DNA of 64,000 nt, taken from positions 5,151 to 69,150 of the forward strand of contig JAFXQI010000086.1 in NCBI GenBank assembly GCA_017527155.1, written 5' to 3'. The translations under genes and the position numbers were made by a program. Position 1 is the first letter of the stretch. Each line of letters starts with the position of its first letter. Below the pieces are notes generated by a model, which was not told where the DNA came from, searched no databases, and saw nothing but the letters and a program-made list of their open reading frames with translations. Below, piece by piece: positions 16,387 to 24,638 of the stretch. This DNA comes from Kiritimatiellia bacterium (GTDB taxonomy: Bacteria; Verrucomicrobiota; Kiritimatiellia; CAIQIC01; Lenti-01).

Positions 16387-17166
16387 CTATCCCCGCACGC
16401 GGATGCCCTGGCTGCCCAGGTAATCCTTCACCTGGCGCACCGTGAACGTCCCGAAGTGGAACACGCTCGCGGCCAGCAGCGTGTCCGCGTGCCCCTCCAG
16501 GACGGCCGCGCGGAAATGCTCCAGCGTGCCCGCGCCGCCGGAGGCCACGACCGACTTGCCCGTCGCGTCCGCCAGCATCCGGATCAGCTCCACGTCGTAG
16601 CCGCTGCGCGTCCCGTCCCCGGCCTTGCTCGTCGGCAGGATCGTGCCCGCGCCGATGCCGGCCATCCGCTTCGCGAACTCCACCGCGTCGCCGCCCGTCG
16701 CCGTGCGCCCGCCGTCCACGTAGACCTCGCGGCCCGACGGCAGCGCCGGATTCGCGTCCACGTCGATCGCCACCGTGATCTTCTCCCCGCCGTGCGCCTT
16801 GACGGCCGCTTCCACGAACGCCGGGTCGCGCCAGGCCGCCGTCGAGATGCTCACCTTCGCCGCCCCCGCCGCGAACGCCGCGTCGATGTCGGCCATCGAC
16901 TTGATGCCGCCGCCGACCGTCACCGGGATCCGGACCGCCGCCGTCACCCGCGCGAGCACGTCGAACAGCGTGCGCCGCCCTTCGACCGTGGCCGTGATGT
17001 CGAGGAACCCGAGTTCGTCGGCGCCGGACGCCTCGTAGGCGGCCGCGCAGGCCACCGGGTCGCCGGCATCGACGATGTCCACGAAGTGGACGCCCTTGAC
17101 GACCCGCCCCCCGCGGATGTCGAGGCACGGCATGATGTTGACGATGGACGGAATGGAGCTGGCCAT
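16387..17166 (-). CDS. hisF: Imidazole glycerol phosphate synthase subunit HisF
   Basis: PCLDIRGGRVVKGV, GADELGFLDITAT, VGGGI, DGTRSGYD, ASGGAG, AASVFHFG. Confidence 0.96.
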   Translation of the reverse strand: MASSIPSIVNIMPCLDIRGGRVVKGVHFVDIVDAGDPVACAAAYEASGADELGFLDITATVEGRRTLFDVLARVTAAVRIPVTVGGGIKSMADIDAAFAAGAAKVSISTAAWRDPAFVEAAVKAHGGEKITVAIDVDANPALPSGREVYVDGGRTATGGDAVEFAKRMAGIGAGTILPTSKAGDGTRSGYDVELIRMLADATGKSVVASGGAGTLEHFRAAVLEGHADTLLAASVFHFGTFTVRQVKDYLGSQGIRVRG

Positions 17167-17379
17167 AAAAGAAATCCTTTCGTTGAGATTCCCCCGCAGG
17201 ATACCGCATCCGCCGCAAAACTCCACTCCGTTTTTCGCCCGACCCGACAACCCGACAACCGTCCGTTGGGTGCCGGCGGTCCGCCCTTGCATCGACGCGG
17301 GGGGCTTTGCTAGAGTCCGGGAAGCGTCTTCCCCGAAGGCCGCGCCCGCGGCCGGGGGGACGGGAAACAAGGAGGCTCG

Positions 17380-17847
17380 ATGAACAAGATGCTCAAAGTC
17401 GCGGCGCTCTTGTCGGTGGCGTTGGCCGCCGGGTGCGCCCATGTGGACATATCGTCCCCGAAAAGCCTTTCGGGGCTGGATGTGATCGGCTCGCCGACCC
17501 AGGCGGACCGCCAGGTCGTCGTGAGGAATTCCGGCATACACGTGCTCTGGTGGTTCCCGCTCGCCTCCGGTGACATGCGCTGGGACGAGGAAAAGCAGGA
17601 CATCAAGGGCGGACTCGATTTCTTCGCCGACCACTGCAACTCCGATGTCTGCATGGAAGTCCTGGAAGGCATCGCCAAGCGCGAGAACTGCGACCTGGTG
17701 GGCGTGTACTTCACGGACATGACGAAATCCGGCTTCGACGTCACCACCATGTCCGGCCTCTTCGCGTGGGTCGGCGGGTTGTACGAAGTCCAGGCGTGCG
17801 GCATCCTGCGTCCGCGCGGCGCCGCGCCGGCAAAGGAGGCAAAGTGA
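17380..17847 (+). CDS. Hypothetical lipoprotein
   Basis: AAGGAGG RBS; signal peptide with lipobox LAAGC. Confidence 0.75.
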   Translation: MNKMLKVAALLSVALAAGCAHVDISSPKSLSGLDVIGSPTQADRQVVVRNSGIHVLWWFPLASGDMRWDEEKQDIKGGLDFFADHCNSDVCMEVLEGIAKRENCDLVGVYFTDMTKSGFDVTTMSGLFAWVGGLYEVQACGILRPRGAAPAKEAK

Positions 17848-18269
17848 TGAAAACGAAACTGATCGCCATGCTGCTGGCCCCGTTCCTGTTCGCCGGGTGC
17901 GCCTCCATGAGCACCCTTTCCGAGAACAAGGCGGCGTCGGGCGTCCGGGTCGAAGACAACGCAAAGGCCCTGGCCTCCTACTACGTCGTCAACCACTCCT
18001 ACAAGCTCTTCGGCTGCGTGCCCCTTTCCACCGGCGTGACGTGGAAGGGCGGGGATGACTACAACGGGTTCAACACCGAGTACTTCTCCGACCGGTGCAC
18101 GGTCGACGAGAACCTCGCCTCGGTGAAGGCCGCCGCGAAAGCATGCAAATCCGACCGCATCGCCAGCCTGATCACGACGGTGGACACCAGCTGGGCCTGG
18201 AGCCTCTTCCTCGTGAAACACACCGAGATCAAGACCTCCTGCGTCATCTGCGCGCCCGACGCCCCCTGA
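17847..18269 (+). CDS. Hypothetical lipoprotein
   Basis: AAGGAGG RBS; TGATG coupling; lipobox LFAGC. Confidence 0.75.
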   Translation: MKTKLIAMLLAPFLFAGCASMSTLSENKAASGVRVEDNAKALASYYVVNHSYKLFGCVPLSTGVTWKGGDDYNGFNTEYFSDRCTVDENLASVKAAAKACKSDRIASLITTVDTSWAWSLFLVKHTEIKTSCVICAPDAP

Positions 18270-18305
18270 CCTGCCGCAAGCGTCTCTCCCGCCCAAGGGA
18301 AACGG

Positions 18306-18338
18306 AACCCCGGTCGCCTCCCGACCGGGGTTTTCTTT
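18306..18338 (+). terminator. Rho-independent terminator
   Basis: AACCCCGGTCG-cctcc-CGACCGGGGTT followed by TTCTTT. Confidence 0.75.
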
Positions 18339-18420
18339 GACGTGGCAAGGGAACGGGGCACCTTGACGAACCGGCACCGGTTTTTCTTCGGCAGCCCATC
18401 CGTTGACCCAACCACCTGGC

Positions 18421-18872
18421 CGCGCGGAAGCGCGTCCCTCCCATTGCGCTCTCCATGGGGAGGGATGCGCTTCCGCGCGTCCGCAACGGAAATGGCACCG
18501 GAGCGACGACGCACCCGCCGTCTGCAGGCGATGGCCGAGCAGGCGCCCGCCCCTCTTCGTTGCCCCGCCCGCCCAGCGGGCGCAGTGACGAGAGACGAGT
18601 GACGAGAGACGCGTTTGCGGTGCGGCCTCCCGGCCGCCCATGTCGGAGCGCGGGCGGCCCGCCCGCTTGCTTGTTGACGTTCTGCCCGCGCTCGGTGGGG
18701 CAAGCTCTCCGAGCGAGCCGTACCAAGCACCCGTTCGGCTCGCACGGAGTGCTCGCCCCACCCGGGGGCCCGTGGATGAAGTTCTGCGCACCGCAAACTC
18801 GTCACTCGTCTCTGGCGCGCCCGCCAGGGCGCGCCAACCGCATCCCGTCACTTGTCACTTGTCACTTTTCAC
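18421..18872. repeat. Cluster of REP-like palindromes and 7-bp tandem repeats
   Basis: GGAAGCGCGTCCCTCCC...GGGAGGGATGCGCTTCC inverted pair; GTGACGAGAGACGAGTGACGAGAGACG; GTCACTTGTCACTTGTCACTTTTCACT. Confidence 0.65.
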
Positions 18873-19369
18873 TGCGCCCGCTGTCATACGGCGGGCGCCC
18901 CCCGGTTATCCCTTGTATGACACCCCGTGCCCCCCGTCCGCGTCCGGACGCCCGGCGCGGCGAACAAGGAGGACGAAAGACCGAGACAGGACATAGGCTT
19001 TCCGCGATGACGCGGGCGGCAGGAGAGGTGCGCGACGAAACGGTGTGACGCCACGGCACGCGACATTTTCGCGCTTGCCTAGTCCCTCCGTTTCTGCGAA
19101 GGTCGGTTCTGCCAAAGCGCTCCGGGGCGCAAACCCCGCCGCGTCGAGGCGGACAATCGATTTGCATACCCGCAAATCCAATCGTTCCTGAGAAATCTGG
19201 TCCATTTCTTCCCCGAACATTGGTTGCGAGGTGCGTCCATGCGCACCTCTCTGCTGATTTTCGGAAAGGGCCCGACCAGAGCCTCTCAGGAGAACCACAG
19301 AGAGGCTTTTGTTGACCCGGAAAAGTCTCTCCTGGAGTTGTAGCAACCAGGGTCGGAGACAAAACTATT

Positions 19370-19639
19370 ATGGCAACCATCACGGTCAATATCCTCGACG
19401 CCACGGGAAACAAACGGCAGGAAGTCGAACTGCCCGACAATGCCCCTGTCAATCGCGTCATTGCCGTCCTCCTGGACAAGATGAATCTTCCAAAGAACGG
19501 TCCGGATGGGCAACCCTTGGCCTACAAGTTCCACCACAAACGGACCGGCAAGCAATTGCAGGACACGCAAACTCTGGCCTCCATCGGTGCCCAAGACGGC
19601 GACATCATCCGACTCCAGCCCGAAATCACGGCCGGCTGA
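19370..19639 (+). CDS. Ubiquitin-like protein (YukD/EsaB-like beta-grasp) ending in free C-terminal Gly
   Basis: 89 aa; ITVNILD beta-1, TGKQLQDTQTLASIGAQDGDIIRL (cf. ubiquitin GKQLEDGRTLSDY...ESTLHL), ends EITAG; GGAG RBS. Confidence 0.9.
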   Translation: MATITVNILDATGNKRQEVELPDNAPVNRVIAVLLDKMNLPKNGPDGQPLAYKFHHKRTGKQLQDTQTLASIGAQDGDIIRLQPEITAG

Positions 19640-19650
19640 AAGGACCTGTC

Positions 19651-20868
19651 ATGGAGACTGGCAAGATCAAAGTCTCTCTTGAAGAAACAACCCCCACTCT
19701 CCGGGAAGAGGACCGCTTCCAGAGATTCAGCCTGATTGGATGGTGGAATCAGTCCCGCCTCCGCAACGCCAAGGTGCTCGTCATCGGTGCCGGGGCGCTG
19801 GGCAATGAAATCGTGAAAAATCTTTCATTGCTCGGGTTCGGAAATCTTTTCATTGCCGATTTGGACAATATCGAGAATTCCAATTTGTCGCGTTCGGTCC
19901 TGTACAGGGAACGCGACAATGGAACATCGAAAGCCCGGACGGCGGCCCGGTCTGCGAAGGAGCTGTTCCCCGGCATGAAAGCCCAGGCGTTCCACGGCAA
20001 CGTCCTTTACGATCTGGGTCTTGGCGTCTACCGCTGGGCGGATGTCGTCATCGCGGGACTGGACAACCGCGAGGCGCGCCTGTCCATCAACCGGAATTGC
20101 TGGAAACTCGGAAAACCATGGATTGATGGAGCCATTGAGCAAATCAACGGCATCGCGCGGGTATTCGCCCCGGACGGCCCCTGCTATGAATGCACCATGT
20201 CCGAAACGGACTGGCAACTCCTCAACCGCAGGCGGTCCTGCAATCTCCTTACGAAAGACGAGATGCAGGAAGGCAAGGTCCCGACCACGCCGACCATCAG
20301 CTCCATCATCGCCGGCGTGCAGTGCCAGGAAGCCGTCAAGCTGTTGCATGGCATGGAAACGATTGCGGGAAAAGGTTTCGTGTTCAACGGCATCTCCTGC
20401 GATTCCTATCTGGTCGAATACCAACGCAACGACGATTGCTATTCGCACGACACGGCGGACCGCATCGTCCCGCTCCCGGCCAAAGCGGCGGACACCCGGG
20501 TGGCCGATTTGCTCGCCCGCGCCCGGAACGACCTCGGTCCCGACACGGTCCTCGAACTCGGGAGGGACATCCTTACCGCGCTTCGCTGCCCATTCTGCGG
20601 GAAAACGGAAAGCATTTACCAATCCTTGGGGCAAGTCCGCAATTCGGCCGCGACCTGCCCGGAATGCGGCCGCCGCCGCGAGGCCATGACGGCGTTCACC
20701 ATCGACGGCACACAAGATTTCCTCGACCAGACTTTTGCCGGAATTGGCATCCCTCCCTTCGACATCGTGTGGGCCCGCAACGGCGGCATGCTCGTCGGAT
20801 ACGAATTTGCGGCCGATGCCCGGGAGGTTCTCGGCGAAGTGGCGTCGGCCGGGGAAGGGAATGGTTGA
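19651..20868 (+). CDS. E1-like activating enzyme (ThiF/MoeB/UBA family) with C-terminal zinc ribbons
   Basis: VIGAGALG, D..E.SNLSR, GLDNREAR, PCYECT, candidate catalytic Cys in RRSCN, C-terminal CPFC/CPEC. Confidence 0.93.
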   Translation: METGKIKVSLEETTPTLREEDRFQRFSLIGWWNQSRLRNAKVLVIGAGALGNEIVKNLSLLGFGNLFIADLDNIENSNLSRSVLYRERDNGTSKARTAARSAKELFPGMKAQAFHGNVLYDLGLGVYRWADVVIAGLDNREARLSINRNCWKLGKPWIDGAIEQINGIARVFAPDGPCYECTMSETDWQLLNRRRSCNLLTKDEMQEGKVPTTPTISSIIAGVQCQEAVKLLHGMETIAGKGFVFNGISCDSYLVEYQRNDDCYSHDTADRIVPLPAKAADTRVADLLARARNDLGPDTVLELGRDILTALRCPFCGKTESIYQSLGQVRNSAATCPECGRRREAMTAFTIDGTQDFLDQTFAGIGIPPFDIVWARNGGMLVGYEFAADAREVLGEVASAGEGNG

Positions 20869-20870
20869 CC

Positions 20871-21914
20871 ATGGCCGACTTTACCTCCATCCGCAGGGAA
20901 GAGTGCCGGGCGACCCCCCTGCCTCCCGGATGCAGTCTCGGCGCATCGCGGACGGTCATTCTCCAGTCCGTGCTGAACGAAATCAAGGAACACGGCCGCG
21001 CGAGCATGCACGCGGAAGTCTGCGGCGTGCTCGTCGGTTCGCTGTGCTGGGACGGGGCGGCATATCTCCTTGTCGACGGCCGTATCGAAGGGAAGCACGC
21101 CACCCACCAGAGCGGCAGCGTGACGTTCACGGCGGAGACTTGGGATTCCATCCATGAAGAACTCGACGCGAAGCATCCCGGCCGCGTCATCGTCGGCTGG
21201 TACCACACGCATCCCGGCTTCGGCATCTTCCTGTCGAACATGGATGCGTTCATCCACGAGAATTTCTTTTCCTTCCCCTGGCAACCGGCCTATGTCTTCG
21301 ACCCTCAGGCTGAAACGGACGGCTTCTTCTTCCGCGAGGGGAACAATCTTGTCCAGGAAGAAGTCGCGGTTGTCCCCGACGCCGCGCCGCTTGTCAGAGA
21401 ACCGACGCCCTGCACGGGGGATAGAATCGTTGTCCAGGATGAATCAGGCCGATCCTTCCTGCGCATCGGGCTTGTGGGCGCGACGGTTCTGCTTCTCCTG
21501 CTGGGGACGATATCGGCATCCTCGATTCTTCTGCTGCGTCAATCGCGACAAAGGGAACGATTGGCCGAGGAAAAGGCGGAACGCCTCCAACAGACCATCC
21601 GGAATCAGGCGGAGGAGCTTCGGGAGTTCCAGCGGCAAAGGGAAGCGGAACAAGCAAGCCATTGGCTGGGAAGCGGTTTCGCGCACCACCTGTTCCATTG
21701 GTGGAATTCCGAACGCGACGTTCCCGCACGGCAACGTGCCAACGGCCGGAAAATCCTGGAATTCCGCTTCGGCGAGAGCCCGGTTCCCGGCAAAACCGCT
21801 CCGAATCCGTCCATCGTGGACGAACGGTGGGAATGGGATGCCGCGGAACACATTCCTGTCTCGTCCACAAGGCAACAGGACAAGCCTTCCCCGCCCGGGA
21901 GGGACGACCAATGA
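20871..21914 (+). CDS. JAB/MPN+ (JAMM) metallo-isopeptidase with transmembrane anchor and coiled coil
   Basis: EVCGVLVG...VGWYHTHPGFGIFLSNMD (intact HxHx7SxxD, Rpn11-like); hydrophobic IGLVGATVLLLLLGTISASSILLL. Confidence 0.93.
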   Translation: MADFTSIRREECRATPLPPGCSLGASRTVILQSVLNEIKEHGRASMHAEVCGVLVGSLCWDGAAYLLVDGRIEGKHATHQSGSVTFTAETWDSIHEELDAKHPGRVIVGWYHTHPGFGIFLSNMDAFIHENFFSFPWQPAYVFDPQAETDGFFFREGNNLVQEEVAVVPDAAPLVREPTPCTGDRIVVQDESGRSFLRIGLVGATVLLLLLGTISASSILLLRQSRQRERLAEEKAERLQQTIRNQAEELREFQRQREAEQASHWLGSGFAHHLFHWWNSERDVPARQRANGRKILEFRFGESPVPGKTAPNPSIVDERWEWDAAEHIPVSSTRQQDKPSPPGRDDQ

Positions 21915-21950
21915 CGGCAATAATGGCAAACACATGAAAGGCATACCCAC

Positions 21951-22565
21951 ATGAGCGATTCGAAAATCACGGTTTCCCTCGAGGAAATCGATCAAGCGAC
22001 CCCTGTTCCCGGCCCCATGCCGCCGCCTTTTGTCTCCCCGGATGGCCCGGAGGAGGCTCCGAAACCTCCACCCGGCACCCGTGCCCCGTGGATAATCATC
22101 GCGGTTGCAGTTGCCATCGTGGTCTTGGGCGTGGTCTGCTTTTCGTTGTTTTCTGCAGCCAGCACGGCGGATGCATATCTGAAACGATATGTCCAATCCG
22201 TGAATGCCGAGTTGAGCGATCCATCGTCCCGGCTCAGAAAGTCCGTCGACCAGCGGATAGGGGCCGCCCATCTTACCGTGACCGTGAAAGACGCACGGGT
22301 CGTCGGAAGCGAGGTCACCACGTTCGACGGAACCAATGCCGCAGGCAAGGGCGGTGAAAACATCGACAAGATGGCATTGGTGATTCGCTTCGACTGGGAT
22401 GGTCTGACGACCGGCGGATACAGCGACATGCTCTGGGTCATCGACGGGAACCGAAAGCACCTCGTCAAGTCGGAAATCATCGAAACATCGGCATCGATTA
22501 ATCTTGAGGATCCGGACTTCTGGGGGGCCGTCGGAGATATTCTCCTTGCCCTGTGGGGTGCATGA
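21951..22565 (+). CDS. Single-pass membrane hypothetical protein of the ubiquitin operon
   Basis: KITVSLEE motif, Pro-rich linker, TM (WIIIAVAVAIVVLGVVCFSLF), extracytoplasmic domain. Confidence 0.75.
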   Translation: MSDSKITVSLEEIDQATPVPGPMPPPFVSPDGPEEAPKPPPGTRAPWIIIAVAVAIVVLGVVCFSLFSAASTADAYLKRYVQSVNAELSDPSSRLRKSVDQRIGAAHLTVTVKDARVVGSEVTTFDGTNAAGKGGENIDKMALVIRFDWDGLTTGGYSDMLWVIDGNRKHLVKSEIIETSASINLEDPDFWGAVGDILLALWGA

Positions 22566-22591
22566 CAACGAACCAATTACGGAGAAAAACA

Positions 22592-23830
22592 ATGGAATCT
22601 GAAAAAATCAGCGTCTCGTTGGATGAAGTAAACAGTGCCAGGGTCGATGCGGAAATCCGTCGACAGGACATCGCGGCCCGGATGGCCGCGCACCAAGAAG
22701 AGATCGAGGCGAACACCCCATCGGCGAAACGCTTCGGCGGCGGCGTGTTTCGCAAGGCCATCGTATACATGGCCGTGTTTGGATTCTTCGCTTCACTGCT
22801 GGCCTGGGGCATGGGGGAGCTTGTGCAATACCGCTCGGACCGACACCCCTGGAAGCAGTATCAAGAAGCATTCAACGCCTTTCTGGCATTCAAACCCCAG
22901 GGGCGTGTCTGGGAATTTCAGGAATTCGTGACCGCGCTCCGGATGCATGAAAGCGGACAATACCGGGACAATCCGTTTTTCAGTTCCTCCTTCTGGGACA
23001 AACCGGAATGGCAGCGGCGCAAGGCCTTGGATGCGGCCAAATCTGAATACCGCACGTTGGATCGCGTTTGGTTCATGCTGCTCGGCCTGTTCATCGGAAT
23101 CGGCCTGTCGTGTGCCGAACCGGTGGTCGTCAGGAACGGGAAATCCGCCCTCTTCCGGGGATTGCTCGGTGCCGTGCTGGGACTACTGGGCGGGTTTGTG
23201 TGTTCCCTGTTCATCAACCAGGTGTACAACTTCCTGCAGGGGGACACGGAGGGCTTCACGTTGCAACAGGTGTTTGCCCGGGGCGTGGGGTGGAGCATTC
23301 TCGGGATATTCCTGGCCATCGCCCCCGGCATCGCGATGCGGAACATGAAGAAATTCCTTCTCGGGCTTGCGGGCGGGGCCATCGGCGGTCTCGCCGGGGG
23401 ATTTCTCTTCGATCCGATTTGCCAACTGACGGGGAGCGATGTCCCCGCCCGTTTCGTCAACATCGTCGGCCTCGGCGTCGGTGCGGCCGTGGCCACGGCC
23501 TTGCTGGAAGAAGCCGCGAAACAAGGCTGGCTCAAGGTCGCCACCGGGGTCATTACCGGCAAGCAATTCATCCTGTACCGCAATCCGACGGTCATCGGCA
23601 GTTCGCCGAAAACGGAAATCTACCTCTTCAAGGATCCCACGGTGGCCCCCAAGCATGCCGCCATCAACGGACTTGGAGGGGAATACGTCCTCACGGCCCT
23701 CAATGGCGCGACCGTATTGCTAAACGGAGCTCCCGTAAGGCAACAGCGCCTCAAGAACGGGGACCAGATCCGGGTCGGAAACACGGTGTTCCTGTTCGGT
23801 TCGAAAACGGTGAAACATTCCCAGGGATGA
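22592..23830 (+). CDS. Multi-pass membrane protein with C-terminal FHA domain
   Basis: GGAG RBS; several Gly-rich TM helices; VIGS...KDPTVAPKHA...LNG...LKNGDQIRVG. Confidence 0.85.
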   Translation: MESEKISVSLDEVNSARVDAEIRRQDIAARMAAHQEEIEANTPSAKRFGGGVFRKAIVYMAVFGFFASLLAWGMGELVQYRSDRHPWKQYQEAFNAFLAFKPQGRVWEFQEFVTALRMHESGQYRDNPFFSSSFWDKPEWQRRKALDAAKSEYRTLDRVWFMLLGLFIGIGLSCAEPVVVRNGKSALFRGLLGAVLGLLGGFVCSLFINQVYNFLQGDTEGFTLQQVFARGVGWSILGIFLAIAPGIAMRNMKKFLLGLAGGAIGGLAGGFLFDPICQLTGSDVPARFVNIVGLGVGAAVATALLEEAAKQGWLKVATGVITGKQFILYRNPTVIGSSPKTEIYLFKDPTVAPKHAAINGLGGEYVLTALNGATVLLNGAPVRQQRLKNGDQIRVGNTVFLFGSKTVKHSQG

Positions 23831-23834
23831 GACC

Positions 23835-24638
23835 ATGAAACTCCATTGTCCCCAATGCAATTCGATTCTCGAAGTACCTCCGGAGGCGGACGGCATCGTC
23901 GAATGCCCTTCGTGCGGCAGTCCTTTGGACATGCCGGCGATCCGGACGGCGAACTGCCCGGTGTGTTGCTCGCCCCTGGCGGAAGAGGATACCGTAAAGA
24001 TTTGCCCCAATTGCAAGACTCCCCACCACATGGAATGCTGGGAAGAAAACCGCGGATGTTCGACGTACGGTTGCGCATCGGCTTGGCACGAAGAAACCCA
24101 CACGGGGGAATCATCGGAGGGGGCAGGCATGGTGGCCTGTCCGGCTTGCGGAGCGATGCATCCCGCCACGGACCTGGTCTGCAGTTCCTGCGGCAAGTTG
24201 CTCGGCGAGAATCTGCCGGGCGACTCGACAGGGGCGCGCCTCCAGGAAACCATCGGGAAACTCGGCAGCGCCGCCCAAATGCATCTCCTGCCGAGGCTGG
24301 CACGGAATTTCAGGCTTTTGGGCAAGGACATCGCTTCGGCATTTCGCCTCTGGTGGGGGGAGTTTTCGAGATATGGGGTATTCCGTGGCAAGACCACTCG
24401 GCCTTCGCTCACGGCGTTCATGGGAATCAATTGCGCGTTCAGTATTCTGTTCTCGTGTTGCAACGCCACGCCCCTTGTCTGGATTGAATGGATTGTCCTG
24501 GCCTGTCCAGTGCTCGCCTCCTTTGCACGACGCCTGCGGGACACGGAAATATCGGCATGGATGATTTTCGCCGTCCCTCTCCTCCCCTTTCTACTGTTGG
24601 TTCCAAGCGTCGATTCAACGGAAGGTGTCCAGCCATGA
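23835..24638 (+). CDS. Prokaryotic RING-finger (E3-like) protein: zinc ribbon + RING + zinc ribbon + DUF805-like membrane domain
   Basis: CPVC...CPNCKTPHHMECWEENRGCSTYGC (Prok-RING_1-type pattern); flanking CxxC ribbons; FRGKTTR...RRLRD (DUF805-like). Confidence 0.85.
   Translation: MKLHCPQCNSILEVPPEADGIVECPSCGSPLDMPAIRTANCPVCCSPLAEEDTVKICPNCKTPHHMECWEENRGCSTYGCASAWHEETHTGESSEGAGMVACPACGAMHPATDLVCSSCGKLLGENLPGDSTGARLQETIGKLGSAAQMHLLPRLARNFRLLGKDIASAFRLWWGEFSRYGVFRGKTTRPSLTAFMGINCAFSILFSCCNATPLVWIEWIVLACPVLASFARRLRDTEISAWMIFAVPLLPFLLLVPSVDSTEGVQP

Noticed and set aside
19370-20868. ThiS/MoaD-ThiF sulfur-carrier pair or T7SS YukD
   Set aside because: No cofactor-biosynthesis or T7SS genes nearby; E2, RING and JAMM neighbours point to protein conjugation
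19651-21914. CBASS Cap2/Cap3 module
   Set aside because: No CD-NTase or effector; E1 and E2 are separate proteins and a dedicated Ubl is present
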